A program made the translations under genes and the position numbers. 64,000 bases of DNA from Ginglymostoma cirratum (taxonomy: Eukaryota): positions 42,058,810 through 42,122,809 of the forward strand of contig JAHRHZ010000009.1 of the NCBI GenBank assembly GCA_024137785.1. Reading direction: 5' to 3'. Under the pieces are notes generated by a model, which was not told the origin of the DNA, made no database searches, and saw only the letters and a list, made by a program, of their open reading frames with translations. This document shows positions 50,531-62,969 of the stretch, in pieces (positions within the stretch are counted from its first letter, which is position 1; every line of letters starts with the position of its first letter).

Positions 50531-50779
50531 GACTCACTACAATGACATTAGATTATGGCAGCAAATGACTGACCCACCAATGGTAAAGACAACAAGAGCA
50601 GAACTGAGGGAATATCCCAGCAAGACAGAAAACAGTGGGAAAAGCCCAGAGAGGGAAAAATATCCAAACACTGCAAATGCCACAGATTAAATATTGCGCA
50701 CCACGGCAGCTGATGGAATTGAAATCACCTTCACAAAATGCAATATAAAACTAGTCTCAAACAAATAGACTGTAAATCT

Positions 50780-50985
50780 ATCTTTGGTGGTCTTAAAAGC
50801 TCATCTGATTCTCTAAGTGTTCTTTAGGGGAGCAAAGCCATCATCATTACCTGGTCTGGCCAGCATGTGGCTCCAGAGCTGCAACGGTGCAGTTGATATT
50901 GCCTCATGAGTCAAGGGTAATTAGGGACTAGGATCAATTGTGTCCTTGCTATTGATGCCCCCATGCAATGGATGAATTAAAAAAC
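50780..50985 (+). mobile_element. 3' half of the SINE family seen at 262-625
   Basis: tctttaggg...ttacctggtctggcc.gcatgtggctccaga...gggtaattaggga...gatgaattaaaaaa. Confidence 0.7.
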
Positions 50986-51289
50986 AAGATTAGCAAAGAA
51001 CCTGATCAAAGATAAGTTTAGTACCCTGTTCTACGCTGCCAGTGATAATGCAGATAATGTTCTAGTGAAGCAGGTCAATAATGAAGAAACTGTGAATTAA
51101 AAGTTATGAATTACAGATTTTAAAAAAAGCTGTAATCTATTATTTAATTAGAATAAATGTGATACCTAAGAGGGTGACATTTTACAGACAGACTCAAAGA
51201 CCAGCAGAAAGTAAAGACTTAGCCATCCACAATTCATATCAATTAGCAGAACTGCAAATACAGAACACTGAGAGACAAATTAATTTTCC

Positions 51290-53410
51290 TCTCATTCATC
51301 TACACTCCAATGACTAGAGACCCTACCTATTAGCCTAATCTTACAAGACAATCTTTCCAAACTGTGAAACATCCTAAATAATCTTAGCTGAACTACCTCC
51401 AACGAAATAGTATATTTCTTTAAATAAGGGGATCAAAACTGCTCATAATACTCCAGAAGCGGTCTTCCAGCACCTTGCAATAAGACATCTCTGCTATCAT
51501 ACTCCAACTGACTTGAAATAAGGGCCAACATTCCATTAGCCTTCCTAATTGCTTGTTGCATCTGTGTGCTACCTTTCTTTTATTTATGCAGAAGTGCCCT
51601 GAATTCTCCTTCCATTGCAACTTTATGCAGTTTTACTCTGAATAATATAATGCTTTTTTTGTTCTTGCTTTCAATATTAACAATTACACATGTTCCCATA
51701 TTATACTCCATTTGCCAATATTTTCCTGACTTGGTTAACCTATCAATATCTCTCTGTAACTGTAACTTGCCTTTTCACCCATTTTTGAGTCATTTGCAAA
51801 TTTGCTTCCTTCCTCCAATCATTAATATATATTGAAAACAGTTGTGGTCTCACAACTGATCCCTGTGGAAGCCCCTGGTCTCGAGTTGTCAATCCAAGAA
51901 AGTTCCCATTATCACCTACACTGTTCCCTTCCGGATTATAAATCAAACCAAAACAATTCTCGATTCGCTCTAATAAATTATCTTCAAGTTGTGATCTCTT
52001 ACCCGACCATTTAACATTTTTGAAATACCTTGTCAAACACCTTCCGAAAGCTCTCTATCTACCATGGTTGACCCTTCTTCAAGAAACTCTGATTAATTTG
52101 TTAGACACAATTTCCCTTTCATGAAGCCATGCTGATTTGATTTAATTAGATTAAGATTTTCCAAACCTACTGATGTTATTTCCTTCATAATTGATGAAAC
52201 ACTTTTAAACAATAAAATTAGATTAATTGGTCAAAAGTTATCTACTTTTTTGCCACCCTCACTGTTTGAATAGGGTCATCTCATTGGCAGTTTTCCAATC
52301 CACTGGTATTTCTCCAAGATCCAACTTTTTTTTGGAAAATTACAAACAATACTGCCATTGTCTTTTAGTTACTTCTTTTAGGATCCTAAGATGCAAACCA
52401 CCAGGGCCAAGGGATTTATCTGTCTTTTACCCCATTAGTTTGCCTGATACTACTTCTCCAGTTATGGTGATGATATTTAATTCCTCCTTCATATCCTTTA
52501 AGGTTAATGGGATGTACAAAGTGTCTTCCACCATAAATACTAATGTGAAATATCTGTTTAACTCCTGTTATTTCCTTATTCACCACTACCATCTCCCCAG
52601 ATTCATTTTCAAAGAGGGCTATATTCACTTTGACCTCTCGGTTCCTCTTTTATAACTAAAGAAGATCTTATTGACAGTTTTATATTCCTCGCTAGTTTAC
52701 TCTCATAGTTTTATCTCTATTTTCTTCTTGATCTTTCTTTGCTGGATTGTGAATTTTTCCCTGTGTTTTCAGGGTTAACACTGATTTTTCCTCCTGATAC
52801 ATTATCCTTTTGACTTTATACTCCTCTGAACTTCCTTGGTTAACCATGCTTAGTTTATCCTTTTCTTAGAATTCTTCCTCTTTAGTAAGATTTTTTTGTT
52901 TTGCTGACAGTCATCAATTTTCTCTTAAATATCTGCCATTACTTCCTTAATGACTTTCCTGCGAAATGCCAGTCCACTTTAGCTAACTGTATAGTCATTT
53001 CATTGTAATTCCCCTTATTTAAGTTAAACGGATTTGCTTCCCACCTAACTTTCTCACATTCCAACTAAATATTACATTCTATCATGTTATGATCACTACT
53101 TCCTAGGGATCTTTTACTCAGGGGCTATTTATTAAATCTGCCTCATTACTCATTACCAGAACTAGGGCAGCTGGTTCCCTGCTTGGTTCCATGACATATT
53201 GCTCTTGGAAACGATCTATACTAGACTCTCTGAATTTGTTGCCATAGCTATCCTTTCTAACGTGATTGACCTAATCAACATAAAGATTACAGTTACCCAT
53301 AATTATTGTTTTATTCCTTTTACATACTCCTATTATTTGTTGATTTACACCCTTTCTGACTGCGTGGCTACTGTTTGGGGATCTATATACTATTCTTTTC
53401 AGTATCTACC
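51290..53410 (-). mobile_element. CR1 LINE ORF2 (EN end through RT), decayed
   Basis: QGLPQGSVVRPQLFSIYIND; antisense ccactggtatttctccaagatc and ccagggcc..gggatttatc (DKSPGP); EN-region remnants to about 53400. Confidence 0.85.
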
Positions 53411-53526
53411 AGACTCCTGTTAAAGAATTGTGAGAATTAGACCATTTGTAAAACCACAGAGATGTCTGGACTTATTGTTTTAGAGGTTGCTGGATAAGAC
53501 TCTCTTCCTTAGAAGAATAATTTTAG

Positions 53527-53625
53527 ACTGAAAACATTAATTCTCTACCACAAATACTGCCAGACCTGCTGAATTTCTCCAGCATTCTGCTTATTTTTAT
53601 TTCATATTTCTAGCATTCACAACTT
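53527..53625 (+). mobile_element. Penelope 3' end fragment
   Basis: aaaacattaattct...tgccagacctgctgaatttctccagcattctg...tttctagcat. Confidence 0.7.
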
Positions 53626-53789
53626 TTTATATACTTTTATATAATTAGTCAGGACAGTAATTGGTAAAAAATAAATTTAGTTTTGTGACAAATGAATTTG
53701 TGAACCTAGAGAAAGGCAAAGCACTTCTCCAGTCTCAGTCATGACAAGTGCCAGCTTCAACCTTGTTCATTGACAATTTTCTGCTCTGT

Positions 53790-54825
53790 TTTTAATCCTA
53801 CCTGAGATGTGTCACCCATTTATCACCATCCCTAATTGCCCTGGAGAAGGTAGTGGTAAATTGTCTTCTCAAACCATTGCAGTCCTTGTGGTGTAGGTAC
53901 ACCCACAGTACTATTGGAGAGGGGTTTCCAGGATTTTGAACCAGTGACAATGAAGGAACAGTGATAACAAAGCCAGAAGTTGCTGGAAAAGCTCAGCAAG
54001 TTTGGCAGCATCTGTGAAAAAAAATCAGAGTTAACATTTGTTTACTCAGAAGGATCACCGGACCCAAAATATTAACTCTGATTTTTCTTCACAGATGCTG
54101 CCAGAGCTGCTGAGCTTTTCCAGCAACTTCTGGTTTTGTCCCTGATTTACAGCATCCGCAGCTCTTTCAGTTTTTAAGGAATGGTGATGTACGTTCCAAG
54201 TCAGGATGGTGTGTGGCTTGAAAAAACAATTGAAAGTGGTGTTCCCGTGCATCTATTGCCCTTGTCCTTCTAGATATTGTGTACTCTGAATGCATTGTTG
54301 GAGGAAAATGATGAGTTGCTGCCGTGCAACTCATAGATGGCACTCACTAATGCCACTGTGTGTAGGCGGTCAATAGAGCCGATGTTGAAATTGCTGTAAC
54401 AATCTTTCATGGAGCTGCACCCATTCAGACAAGTAGAGGTTATTCCATCATTCTTCTGACTTGTGCCTTGGAAACGCTGGACAAGAATTAAGGAAACAAG
54501 AGGTGAATTACTCACCTCAGTATTCCTAGACTTTGGACTGCATTTGTAGCCAATGTATTTTTATTGTTGGCCATAATGGTAAAGCCATTGAGCATCAAAG
54601 AAATGGTTAGATTCATTCTTGTTGATAATGTTCATTATGTGATGCTTGGGTGACAGATTTTTCAGCTCAAACCTGAATGTCATTTAGTTCTTGCTGTACA
54701 CGGACACAGAATCCTTTAGTACCTGAGGAATTGCAAATGTGATTAATGTTATGCAATGACCAGCGTACATTCCTATGCCTGACATTATGATGAAGGAAAG
54801 GTTATGATGAAGTAGCTGAAGATAA
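53790..54825 (-). mobile_element. CR1/L2-group LINE 3' part (same family as 4318-6260)
   Basis: Collinear with 4320-5190: cctaattgccctggagaaggt...ccaggattttgaaccagtgaca...gacttgtgccttg...gaattactc. Confidence 0.8.
53966..54175. mobile_element. Penelope-derived foldback with 13-bp TSD
   Basis: ccagaagttgctggaaaagctcagca...catctgtgaa...aatcagagttaa is inverted against ttaactctgattttt.ttcacagatg...tgctgagcttttccagcaacttctgg. TSD aaggaacagtgat / aaggaatggtgat. Confidence 0.88.
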
Positions 54826-55584
54826 TTAAGTTAGTTGTTCTTTGTAACACTATTACAGGAGTGTACTAAATGTCAGCTTCTGAATCAAAGAACTTGTACC
54901 TAGAAGAGCAATAAGTACACAAAACTTTAGCTTATGCTATTATTTATTGTGGGATAAACATTCAATTTGGGAAGCGTGATCTGCAAGATTAACCAGATAG
55001 TGGAACATACCCTCCATTCCCACCCATCCAGTTGTTCCTGTGTTGCCCTGAATTACTTTCATGTCACTTCATTTCACCTTTTCTTGGTGAGTTTCAACTG
55101 ACTTAGGTCATCCAAATGGCATTTAAATCTTGTCTTAAAGTTCAAAGCAGCAATGGTTTGAAGTGGCACTGGCTTAACGTTACCAAGCCATTGGGCCAAT
55201 TAGCTTTTGAAAAATTATTTCATTTAGAAATCATTGAAGCATATTCCTCCCTGTTTAAAATGGACATTTTTGACACCAAATTGTATCCCAAGGGTTTCAG
55301 AGCTCACTCTATACCTTTACTATGTTATTTTATTAGTATACATTGTAATCCTATTTAAATTGCACTTATAGTTGGCAGGCATTAGTATAAGTTACCCTTT
55401 GGAATAAACTGTAAAGCAATACATCATGCAACCTGTATTCAGTATATTGACACACATTTTCTAGACTTTAGAAGAAACAAAATAAAAGCCCCTTTGTTAA
55501 TACAGATCAACTCAATCAAACAATTATTTTTAAGCTTACAAATACTTTTGGACACTTTATTTCACCGGTACCGTCTTTGCATGG

Positions 55585-56320
55585 GAAACTAACCCTTCAG
55601 AACAACACTGGTTGACTGTTGAAACTTTTGTGTATAAATGGTCAGAATCCTGCTGGACCGCTTCTTTATTTTACTTTTTTCTCTTTTTGCTGACGTTATG
55701 TCCTGAGCTTGGATGGCATCGGCAGCAGTAAGGAACCCCAGCACTGTCTGGAGTGGGCACAGCGCAGACCTTGAGGTGGTGGCAAGCGGGCCTAGCACAG
55801 ACCTCGTGGCAGCACTCCAGTGAGCCCTTATTTACTTTTCTAGGGTGAGCATGGGACAAATGGCGACGTAGGCCCAGTGGTTAAAGATGGTGCCTGAGGA
55901 TCAATGACTTCGTCGTTGGTTGGGTGCAGTGCTGGCATCGGTGAAGCAGTAGAAGAAGGGCATCACAACAACATTGATGAGGTGGGCCTAATGGAGAGAG
56001 ATGCCACTCTGACATTAGTCGGTCCGGCATAGGTGGCAGCAAGACAATGGTGGAGGAGAATCAGCCCAGCAGCAAAAGGCGACACCTAAAGAGTGGCAAC
56101 TTCGACTCTGGTTGGGTTCGAAGTAGACAGCAGTGAGGTGGTGAAGGAGGGATGGCGGTGTAGGCATCATTGATGATGAGCTAGTTCACATTGATGGATA
56201 CTCATTGAGCTATAGCTTTTCTTTTTTCTTTCTTATTCTTAAAACTATTCAAAATGATGCCAGATTATGGATTCGGTGAAAAAGCTTTTCACTGATAATA
56301 AAATCATTCATTCATTCAAA
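55585..56320 (+). mobile_element. GC-rich non-coding repeat with a Rex1-like tail
   Basis: Collinear homology to 62280-62850; ends aaagcttttcactgataataaaatcattcattcattc (56281-56317). Confidence 0.6.
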
Positions 56321-57064
56321 ACAAGGTGGAGCCGAATTGTTACAAGCTAATTGTAGTCACATGACCAATTGGGCACACCCAATGTCATTTTTGTTGTGCC
56401 TATGTTGTTACTTTGCAAAATCATTACAGTACAGGAGGCGGTCACTTGGCTGGCCATCTTGGCATTAGGACTTTCAGCGGCAGAATGAAGGCCTTGAGCA
56501 TTTTATTAAGTTCCAGAAGAATCTAGGATGAACAAGTTACTTTTTAATTCAGTTCAGAAGATATAGGGGTTGATTTGAAAAATAAGTTTGGTTTTTCTTT
56601 GAGAAGGTGTTTAAGGCATTTCAGGGAACAACTGGCCTCAGTGGAGGGTTTAGTTTGTGAAACTTCCAAACCATGAGAGCTAGGTGAGAGATCTACAGTT
56701 TATTCGAACAGAGAATGTTTAGGTACTCAGGTTTGTGAAAAAGTTCAGGTCAGCAGACTTGAAAATAATTGAATTCGTTGAATTATTTTCACCACAGTCC
56801 ATAACAAAGATCTTGCAAAGTGTCAGCTATGGAGAAAATTTAAGAGTTGGCATAGAGAAATAACTTCCAGAGACAGATAAAGTCTAGAAACATTGTTTTG
56901 CTGTGTCTTTAATGATCATTGTAATTGTCTTCTATGTTTAAATAGCTTGGCTCTTTTAATTCTTCCGTGTATTTAACTTCTTTTCTATTCTTAAAGAAAC
57001 ATGCAGCCTCAACTGAATATGTCTCAGTGAATAGCTGCCACATTATCAAGCTAGTTTTCAGAGA

Positions 57065-57230
57065 ATCATAGAGTCCCTACAGTGTGGAAGCAGGCCATTC
57101 AATCCGAGTCACACTGACCCTCCAAAGAGCATCCTGCTCAGACCCACCCCCCCACTTATCTCTGTAACCATGCATTTCCCATAGCTAAGCCACCTAGCCT
57201 GCGCATCCCTGGACACTATGGGCAATTTCA
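57065..57230 (-). mobile_element. HE1 SINE 3' half
   Basis: atcatagagtccctacagtgtggaagcaggccattc...catccctggacactatgggcaattt. Confidence 0.85.
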
Positions 57231-58832
57231 TTCTGAGATCTGGCTGGTCCAGTATTACGCTGGTAGAATTGCAACAGGAATCCGCCAGATAGTTGCTATA
57301 ACTTGATAAGCCTTGGTGAGAATGAAACTTACTAAAATATTGCTTGTCAATCATGCAGTGGCAAGGACATCATCAACTGGAATCAAGATCTCACAGGTGG
57401 AGATTACACCTTGGAAAAAGCTATTAATGATAGCTCTGCACTCAGCAGTGCCATTGAGGAAGCTGTACGTGCTACTAGGAGGACTGTAAATTTTAGATCA
57501 CAATTTAAATGCAATTATAATAGTTAATTTTTCATTTGAGTCAAGGCAGTTAGAGACACAGTTTGGTGACATTAATCAAGAAACTTAAGGTGTAAAGTAA
57601 TACGCATCAAAGCAGGTCCGCAGATTTCCAAGTCTATTGCAACTCTTGCTTCCTGTTATAGATTAGGGCGTGGTTTCAATGCTACATTTCTATACAAAAC
57701 TTCTGGAGTCTTCTGCCTCCAATTAGACAAAACAGGCTTTACTTTTGTTTTAAACTTGTGTGGCGTCTTGGTCGCTGAAAGCTACTGCTTATTAACTCTT
57801 TCCAGTCATAACTCATAGTATGATCAATTGTGTAAATACATTCTGATTAGTTTAGGTGAAGCAAGCCTCATTTCTAATTGTGTCAAGGAGCATGTGATAA
57901 TTCATTACATAGTTTTTAAGGGTGATGGACATAGACTGATGACACCTCCTATGATCTGCTGACTGGTTCTTTAAAGTGTTAATTATTTGTGAGTATCCTA
58001 TTCATTATGGACTCTTTTTGGTACTTATAATCAGTTCTTGCTAAGATAAGAAACATTTGATATCTTCTTTGGCTATTTATCTAGGATGTATACTATCAGG
58101 CCCCATGATTGATACGCTGAGCTCATCATTCTTAATTTTTGCTTAATTGGTTCAATTAAGGTCTTCATTGAATCAACCATTGATCACTGACCATTTGCTT
58201 TTGGGGTTATTTGTTTGGTGATGTTTTTATCTCTGGTCGTGTGTACTGAAACAGGTTTTATTTTATTTTAAAGGCAACTGATATAAATGGAAGGGTTGCT
58301 TATCACCATTACAAAACAAACTATAACAATACCATTACAGAAGATTCCAAAGTGCTCGTACAAATCAGTTAGAAAAGTAGATAATATTTATACAGATTTT
58401 GTACGAACAGTGAGATGGTGATATTCAGTCAAAACATAGTCTTGAATAATAACATTTTACAGGATTCATAGTTCCAAACTTAAATGACTTCTATGACAAC
58501 AGTGTAACTCTAATTCAAAAACTACATTTAGCCAATCATAATTCCTTCTCTAAGACAGTGAGTTAAAACAAAGCCAGTGCAACACATAGTTGTGATTTTT
58601 TTTCCTTCCTGCAGTAACATCCCCCTAATTTCAGTTGATAATGTCATCTTTTTCTGATAAGTATTTATGAACTAGGAGGATGTAAACTTGTCTTATTCAA
58701 CTTTGAACATTGCAAGTTCTTGCAAACTTACACTGTGAAATGGATTTGAGCTAAGGAGAAGCTGCTGTCATTTGTCCTATAAATCCCAAATGCTAGTGTG
58801 TTACCTTCATTCTGTCACAATCCCATGAAGCA

Positions 58833-58928
58833 TTTCTGATGAAGGGTCTAGGCCCGAAACGTCAAGCTTTCCTGCTCCTATGATGCAGCTTGGCCTGCTG
58901 TATTCATCCAGCTCCACACCTTGTTACC
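58833..58928 (+). mobile_element. Solo Penelope 3' end with a minimal hammerhead-like core
   Basis: CTGATGA-AGGGTCTAGGCCC-GAAACGTC at 58836-58863, then gctttcctgctcc...ttcatccagctccacaccttgtta. Confidence 0.85.
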
Positions 58929-60417
58929 CCCTCTACCCATGATGCATTACTTTGTCAAGTGAGACTAAGTAGAGTCTCATGATATTAAAGTACTAAAATC
59001 TACATTAGATACAGTTAAGCAGAATTAGTTTTAACAAGATTTGGGTTATGTTTATAATTAAACAAAACTAATCATGAGAAGTTAATTTTCTACTAGTTCT
59101 ACAGGGTAACAGCTTCCAGTTTACTCCAAGCCCCAAGATCGGCAAGTAACGTGACCCACAAATAAGCAATATGGGGAACAGGATGAGTTCCCAAACAGGA
59201 AGTCACAGAGAAAGAGATAGGGATTTCAAACTGAGAGCAGGGAGACTGGCATCAAGCCTATTGTTTCTCCCCGAGTGTCTAGTTTCTCTATCAGGTCACT
59301 TATCATCTTTGATTAAAGGGCCTCCTCCAAAACAAGATAATGAGCAGCTGGTACATTTTCAGCTGTTATTTCTGCCACATGGCAACAAACCTGGCCGCTA
59401 CTGGGTTAGTCATAGTCATGGTGGAGAGAAGGATGAAGTGGTCATTAACTGGCCTTTCCAGGGACTCATTTGGGAGTGAAGAAATATCGAGCTTGAGCTT
59501 TCCTGCTCATAATGCAATTCTGCAGGAGGTGGAAAGGCCAAGGTGTTGAGTTGCATCACCTCCCTGCTTAATTAACTGTGCTTCCCATGTTCAAACTTGA
59601 TACCAGTGAGAGCAAAAGACTGCTCCATAAATCCAGGACAGTATATTTGATGCGTTCTGATGAGCAGCACACAAGCTTCATTAGGAAGTCTAACACAGAT
59701 TAGTGCTTATTCTTACAATAAGACCTCCTCATCTCTTGATCCATTGATAACTCTGTTGTAGTCCAAATCACTGCATTAATCTTTTTTTTTGCTTGTACTA
59801 ATGTGCACCAGAGGATTTCAGTAACACCAGTCAGTATGCAGTTTGTGCTTGTACAAATTGGTGACTAGTTCCATGTTTGCCTTCACATTTGCTAAGGAAA
59901 CCTGAACAACTGGTTTGCTGTTTGTAAACATCATCCTGGAGGTCTCACTGTAGCAATGGCACTGTGATCTTTCTCGTTACATCTTCACAACTTACAAGGG
60001 CTTTGATTCCATTAGCAGCACATTCATTGGTTCGATGCCTGCATTTCTGCCAGCTGCCACAGTGCATTTATTTTGCAGTAGTCTTGCAGCCTTCATCATT
60101 GTCTGCGTGCAACAAGTGAGAGGCTGGAATCTTTGCACCAACAGTAACCCTCTCAACACTCCGTTTATGATTGTTCTCAGAAATGTATTTGCTTCTGCTT
60201 CATCACAAGCTCATCTTTGATTGAAGGGTAACCTTCATTGACAAAACTGTTGATATCTGTAATCAATACTTCCAACATCAGGATGGTTTCCAAAAAAAAA
60301 ATTCCCAGAATTACAACAGTTTCCTGGATACTGCATAAGTTTGCTACATGTGAGAACTTATATGAACCATCTGGAACATGGTCTTTTAACATGACTGAGC
60401 TGACAATGAGGAAGGAG

Positions 60418-60770
60418 CAGAGCAGCATGGTTGCTCAATGTTAGTACTGCTGCCTCACAGCACCAGGGACCTGAGTTCAATTACATCCTTGGGCAACTGT
60501 GTGTGTGGAGTTCGCAAGTTCTCCCCATGTCTTTGTTGATTTCCTCCAGATGCACCTGGTTCCTCCCACAGTCCCAAGATGTGCTGGCTGGGTGGATTGG
60601 TCATGTTAAATTGCCCATAGTGTCCAGGGATGTGCAGATTAGGTGGATTAACCATGGGAAATGCAGGGTGACAAGGATAGGATAGGGTAGGGGATGAGTC
60701 TGGGTGGGATGCTGTTCAGAAGGTTGGTATGAGTTGAATGGCCTGCTTCCATACTGTAGGCATTCTCTGA
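60418..60770 (+). mobile_element. HE1-type V-SINE
   Basis: gcatggttgctcaatgttagtactgctgcctcacagcaccagggacc...ttcctcccacagtccc...atggcctgcttccatactgtagg. Confidence 0.9.
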
Positions 60771-61092
60771 AGAGCTCCAAAGTTGTCTGCAGTTAGATAA
60801 AATAAAGATTTCTTCAGCTGAACAATCTCTCCTTCCCTGCGATAACTGTCTATTTAGTATTCACTGTAGAGGTTCCATCACCAGATACACATCTTCTGCC
60901 AGAAGCCCAATATTAAAAATCCACGTCAATTCTGCTGCATGTCCAGCTAGTACCCACACACAAACACTAGGAAATTTCTCTAGTTCTGACTGGTAAATGT
61001 AACTTTAGTAGACACATATGTATTCATTCATTCCCCAATTATCAAATTGAATTTATGCCAGCTGAACAGAAGAACATTTTAACAATTCACAA

Positions 61093-61440
61093 TGGGTGTT
61101 TCGGTTTTCGTTATCAGAGGTGGGGGGGCGGTCAACCTCCACTTTGTAACAGATTGGGGGCTTAGATCCGGGATCTGCCCAGCTCGAGTCCGGGATTTGG
61201 ACTGGTTGGGACAGATCAAGTCCAGGATTTGAACACTTTTGGATGGATCTGAACAGATTTGGACAGATTTAGGGTACGAAAACTCCAGCAGATTTAAACA
61301 GACATGGGGATTAGTGCCCTAGATCTTTAAATAAAACCTAGGTGAGAAGGGGAAAACCTTTTTAATTTTGGTTGCTTGTTGCTGGTTAAATCAAAACTGG
61401 AGAAATGGTTCTAAATATTGCTAACGGGGTTCTGACTTAA
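61093..61440 (+). mobile_element. LTR 3' end, tRNA-Pro-type PBS and leader of an LTR retroelement, truncated
   Basis: ...TGTAACA (61145-61151), GAT, then TGGGGGCTTAGATCCGGGAT (61155-61174) versus the tRNA-Pro PBS TGGGGGCTCGTCCGGGAT. Locally CpG-rich. Confidence 0.6.
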
Positions 61441-62139
61441 ATGTGCATCCAACACCACAGAAATAGTCCAACAAGTATGTACATGTACCAACTGCTACGC
61501 AAAAGCACAATACAAATAGAAGCAGATGGATCACTTAGCTTTGACTTTGGCATCAGATTGAACATGACACAATTACAGACACTCCACTCAATTGCAAAGT
61601 CCTCTTCACTGGCAATTATCACAATGTGGGGAGACTTATCAATCAGCTTGAAATATTCATAATCACAGACTCATTCCCAAAGCTTATATTCAAGATCTTT
61701 TCTTGGTATGTCCTGTCTAGTCTTCAAGACAGAATTACTGAAGGAGGTGGTGACACAGCAGTATACAATTGGGAGAGAGTCACTTTGGGAGTCCACAGCA
61801 TCGACTTCTGATCACACAGAGTCTCTTGGCACCGAGTCAAACATGGGCAAGGAAACCTACTGCTCATTAATACTTACCACCCACTTCCATTACATGATTA
61901 TACCTGCTATTATGCTGTACTTCCATCTTTAAGAGAACAAACTGCACAATCCTTACAATTCAGCCTCCTAGTTTATACAATGGAAAGTCGAGTCTGAGGG
62001 CAAAGTCTGTATTAGTATTACAAAGAGATGCCATCATAAGTCCCCAAGATACGTGCAGGAAGAGGCCACCTGCAGCAGTCAGTAATATGATCACATATTG
62101 TCATGAATACTGCATGTCGTGAAATCCCTGTTTACAGTC

Positions 62140-62262
62140 CTTGGATAAGCACATGGATGATGATGGGATAGTGTAGGGGGATGGGCTTAGGTTAGTTCAC
62201 AGGTCGGCGCAACATCGAGGGCCGAAGGGCCTGTTCTGCGCTGTATAGTTCTGTGTTCTATG
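62140..62262 (+). mobile_element. Young-looking CR1 3' tail
   Basis: ttggataagcacatgg...ggtcggcgcaacatcgagggccgaagggcctgttctgcgctgtatagttctgtgttctatgtt, with CpGs retained. Confidence 0.8.
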
Positions 62263-62279
62263 TTTTTACATTTAACCGT

Positions 62280-62850
62280 TGCTAAAACCAACAATGTTAA
62301 AATCCTGCGTCACTTCAAGTGGGCCCAGTGCATGGAGCTTGAGTGGGCCCAGCATAGAGGAGAGTGATCTTAGCTCAGACCTCGATCAAGCCCAGCATGG
62401 AGGTGAGTGGGCCCAGAGCAGACCTCAAGTGAGCACTTACTTACTTTTCCAGGGAAAGCATAAGACCTGGCATCAGAATCGACAGCTGCTACTTTGGTAG
62501 AGGCAATGTCAATGAGGTAGGCCCAGCGTGAAAGACTTTTGAGGATAGGCAACTTTGTTGTTGTTTGGGTCCGGTGCTGGTGGTGACAAAGCGGTGGCAG
62601 AAGGGCACTGCAGCGACATCGATGAGATGGGCCCAGCAAGGAACAATGCAACTCCAGTGTTGGTTAGTCTGACACAGGCTGCAGTAAGGCGATAGAGGAG
62701 GGTCATTAGCCCAGCGATGGTAGATGGTGCCGAAGGATCAGCGACTTCGACATTGGTTGGGCCTGGCGTAGATGGTGGTGAAGCAGTGGAGGAGGGATGG
62801 TGGCGCAGGTGTCATTGATGGAGATAAGCTGGCCTAGCTCACATTAAATA
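62280..62850 (+). mobile_element. GC-rich non-coding repeat, paralogue of 55585-56320 (tail not seen)
   Basis: Shared blocks in the same order: ggcccagc, gaagggca..caacattgatgag.tgggcc, gcgacttcgac..tggttggg, ggagggatgg, tcattgatg, tcacatt. Confidence 0.6.
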
Positions 62851-62969
62851 AATGTGAACTGCCACTTCCTTCTGGCCAACCAGAAGCATAATGTTTCCCA
62901 CTTTGTTTCCTTTTTAATCTGTTAACTTTTCATATTTCCTCTGAAATCTTTGCATTTTACATTTACTTT

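Noticed and set aside
56335-57060. Possible solo LTR (also 13912-14500)
   Set aside because: LTR-like composition and a TGT start only; no clear end, TSD, PBS or PPT.
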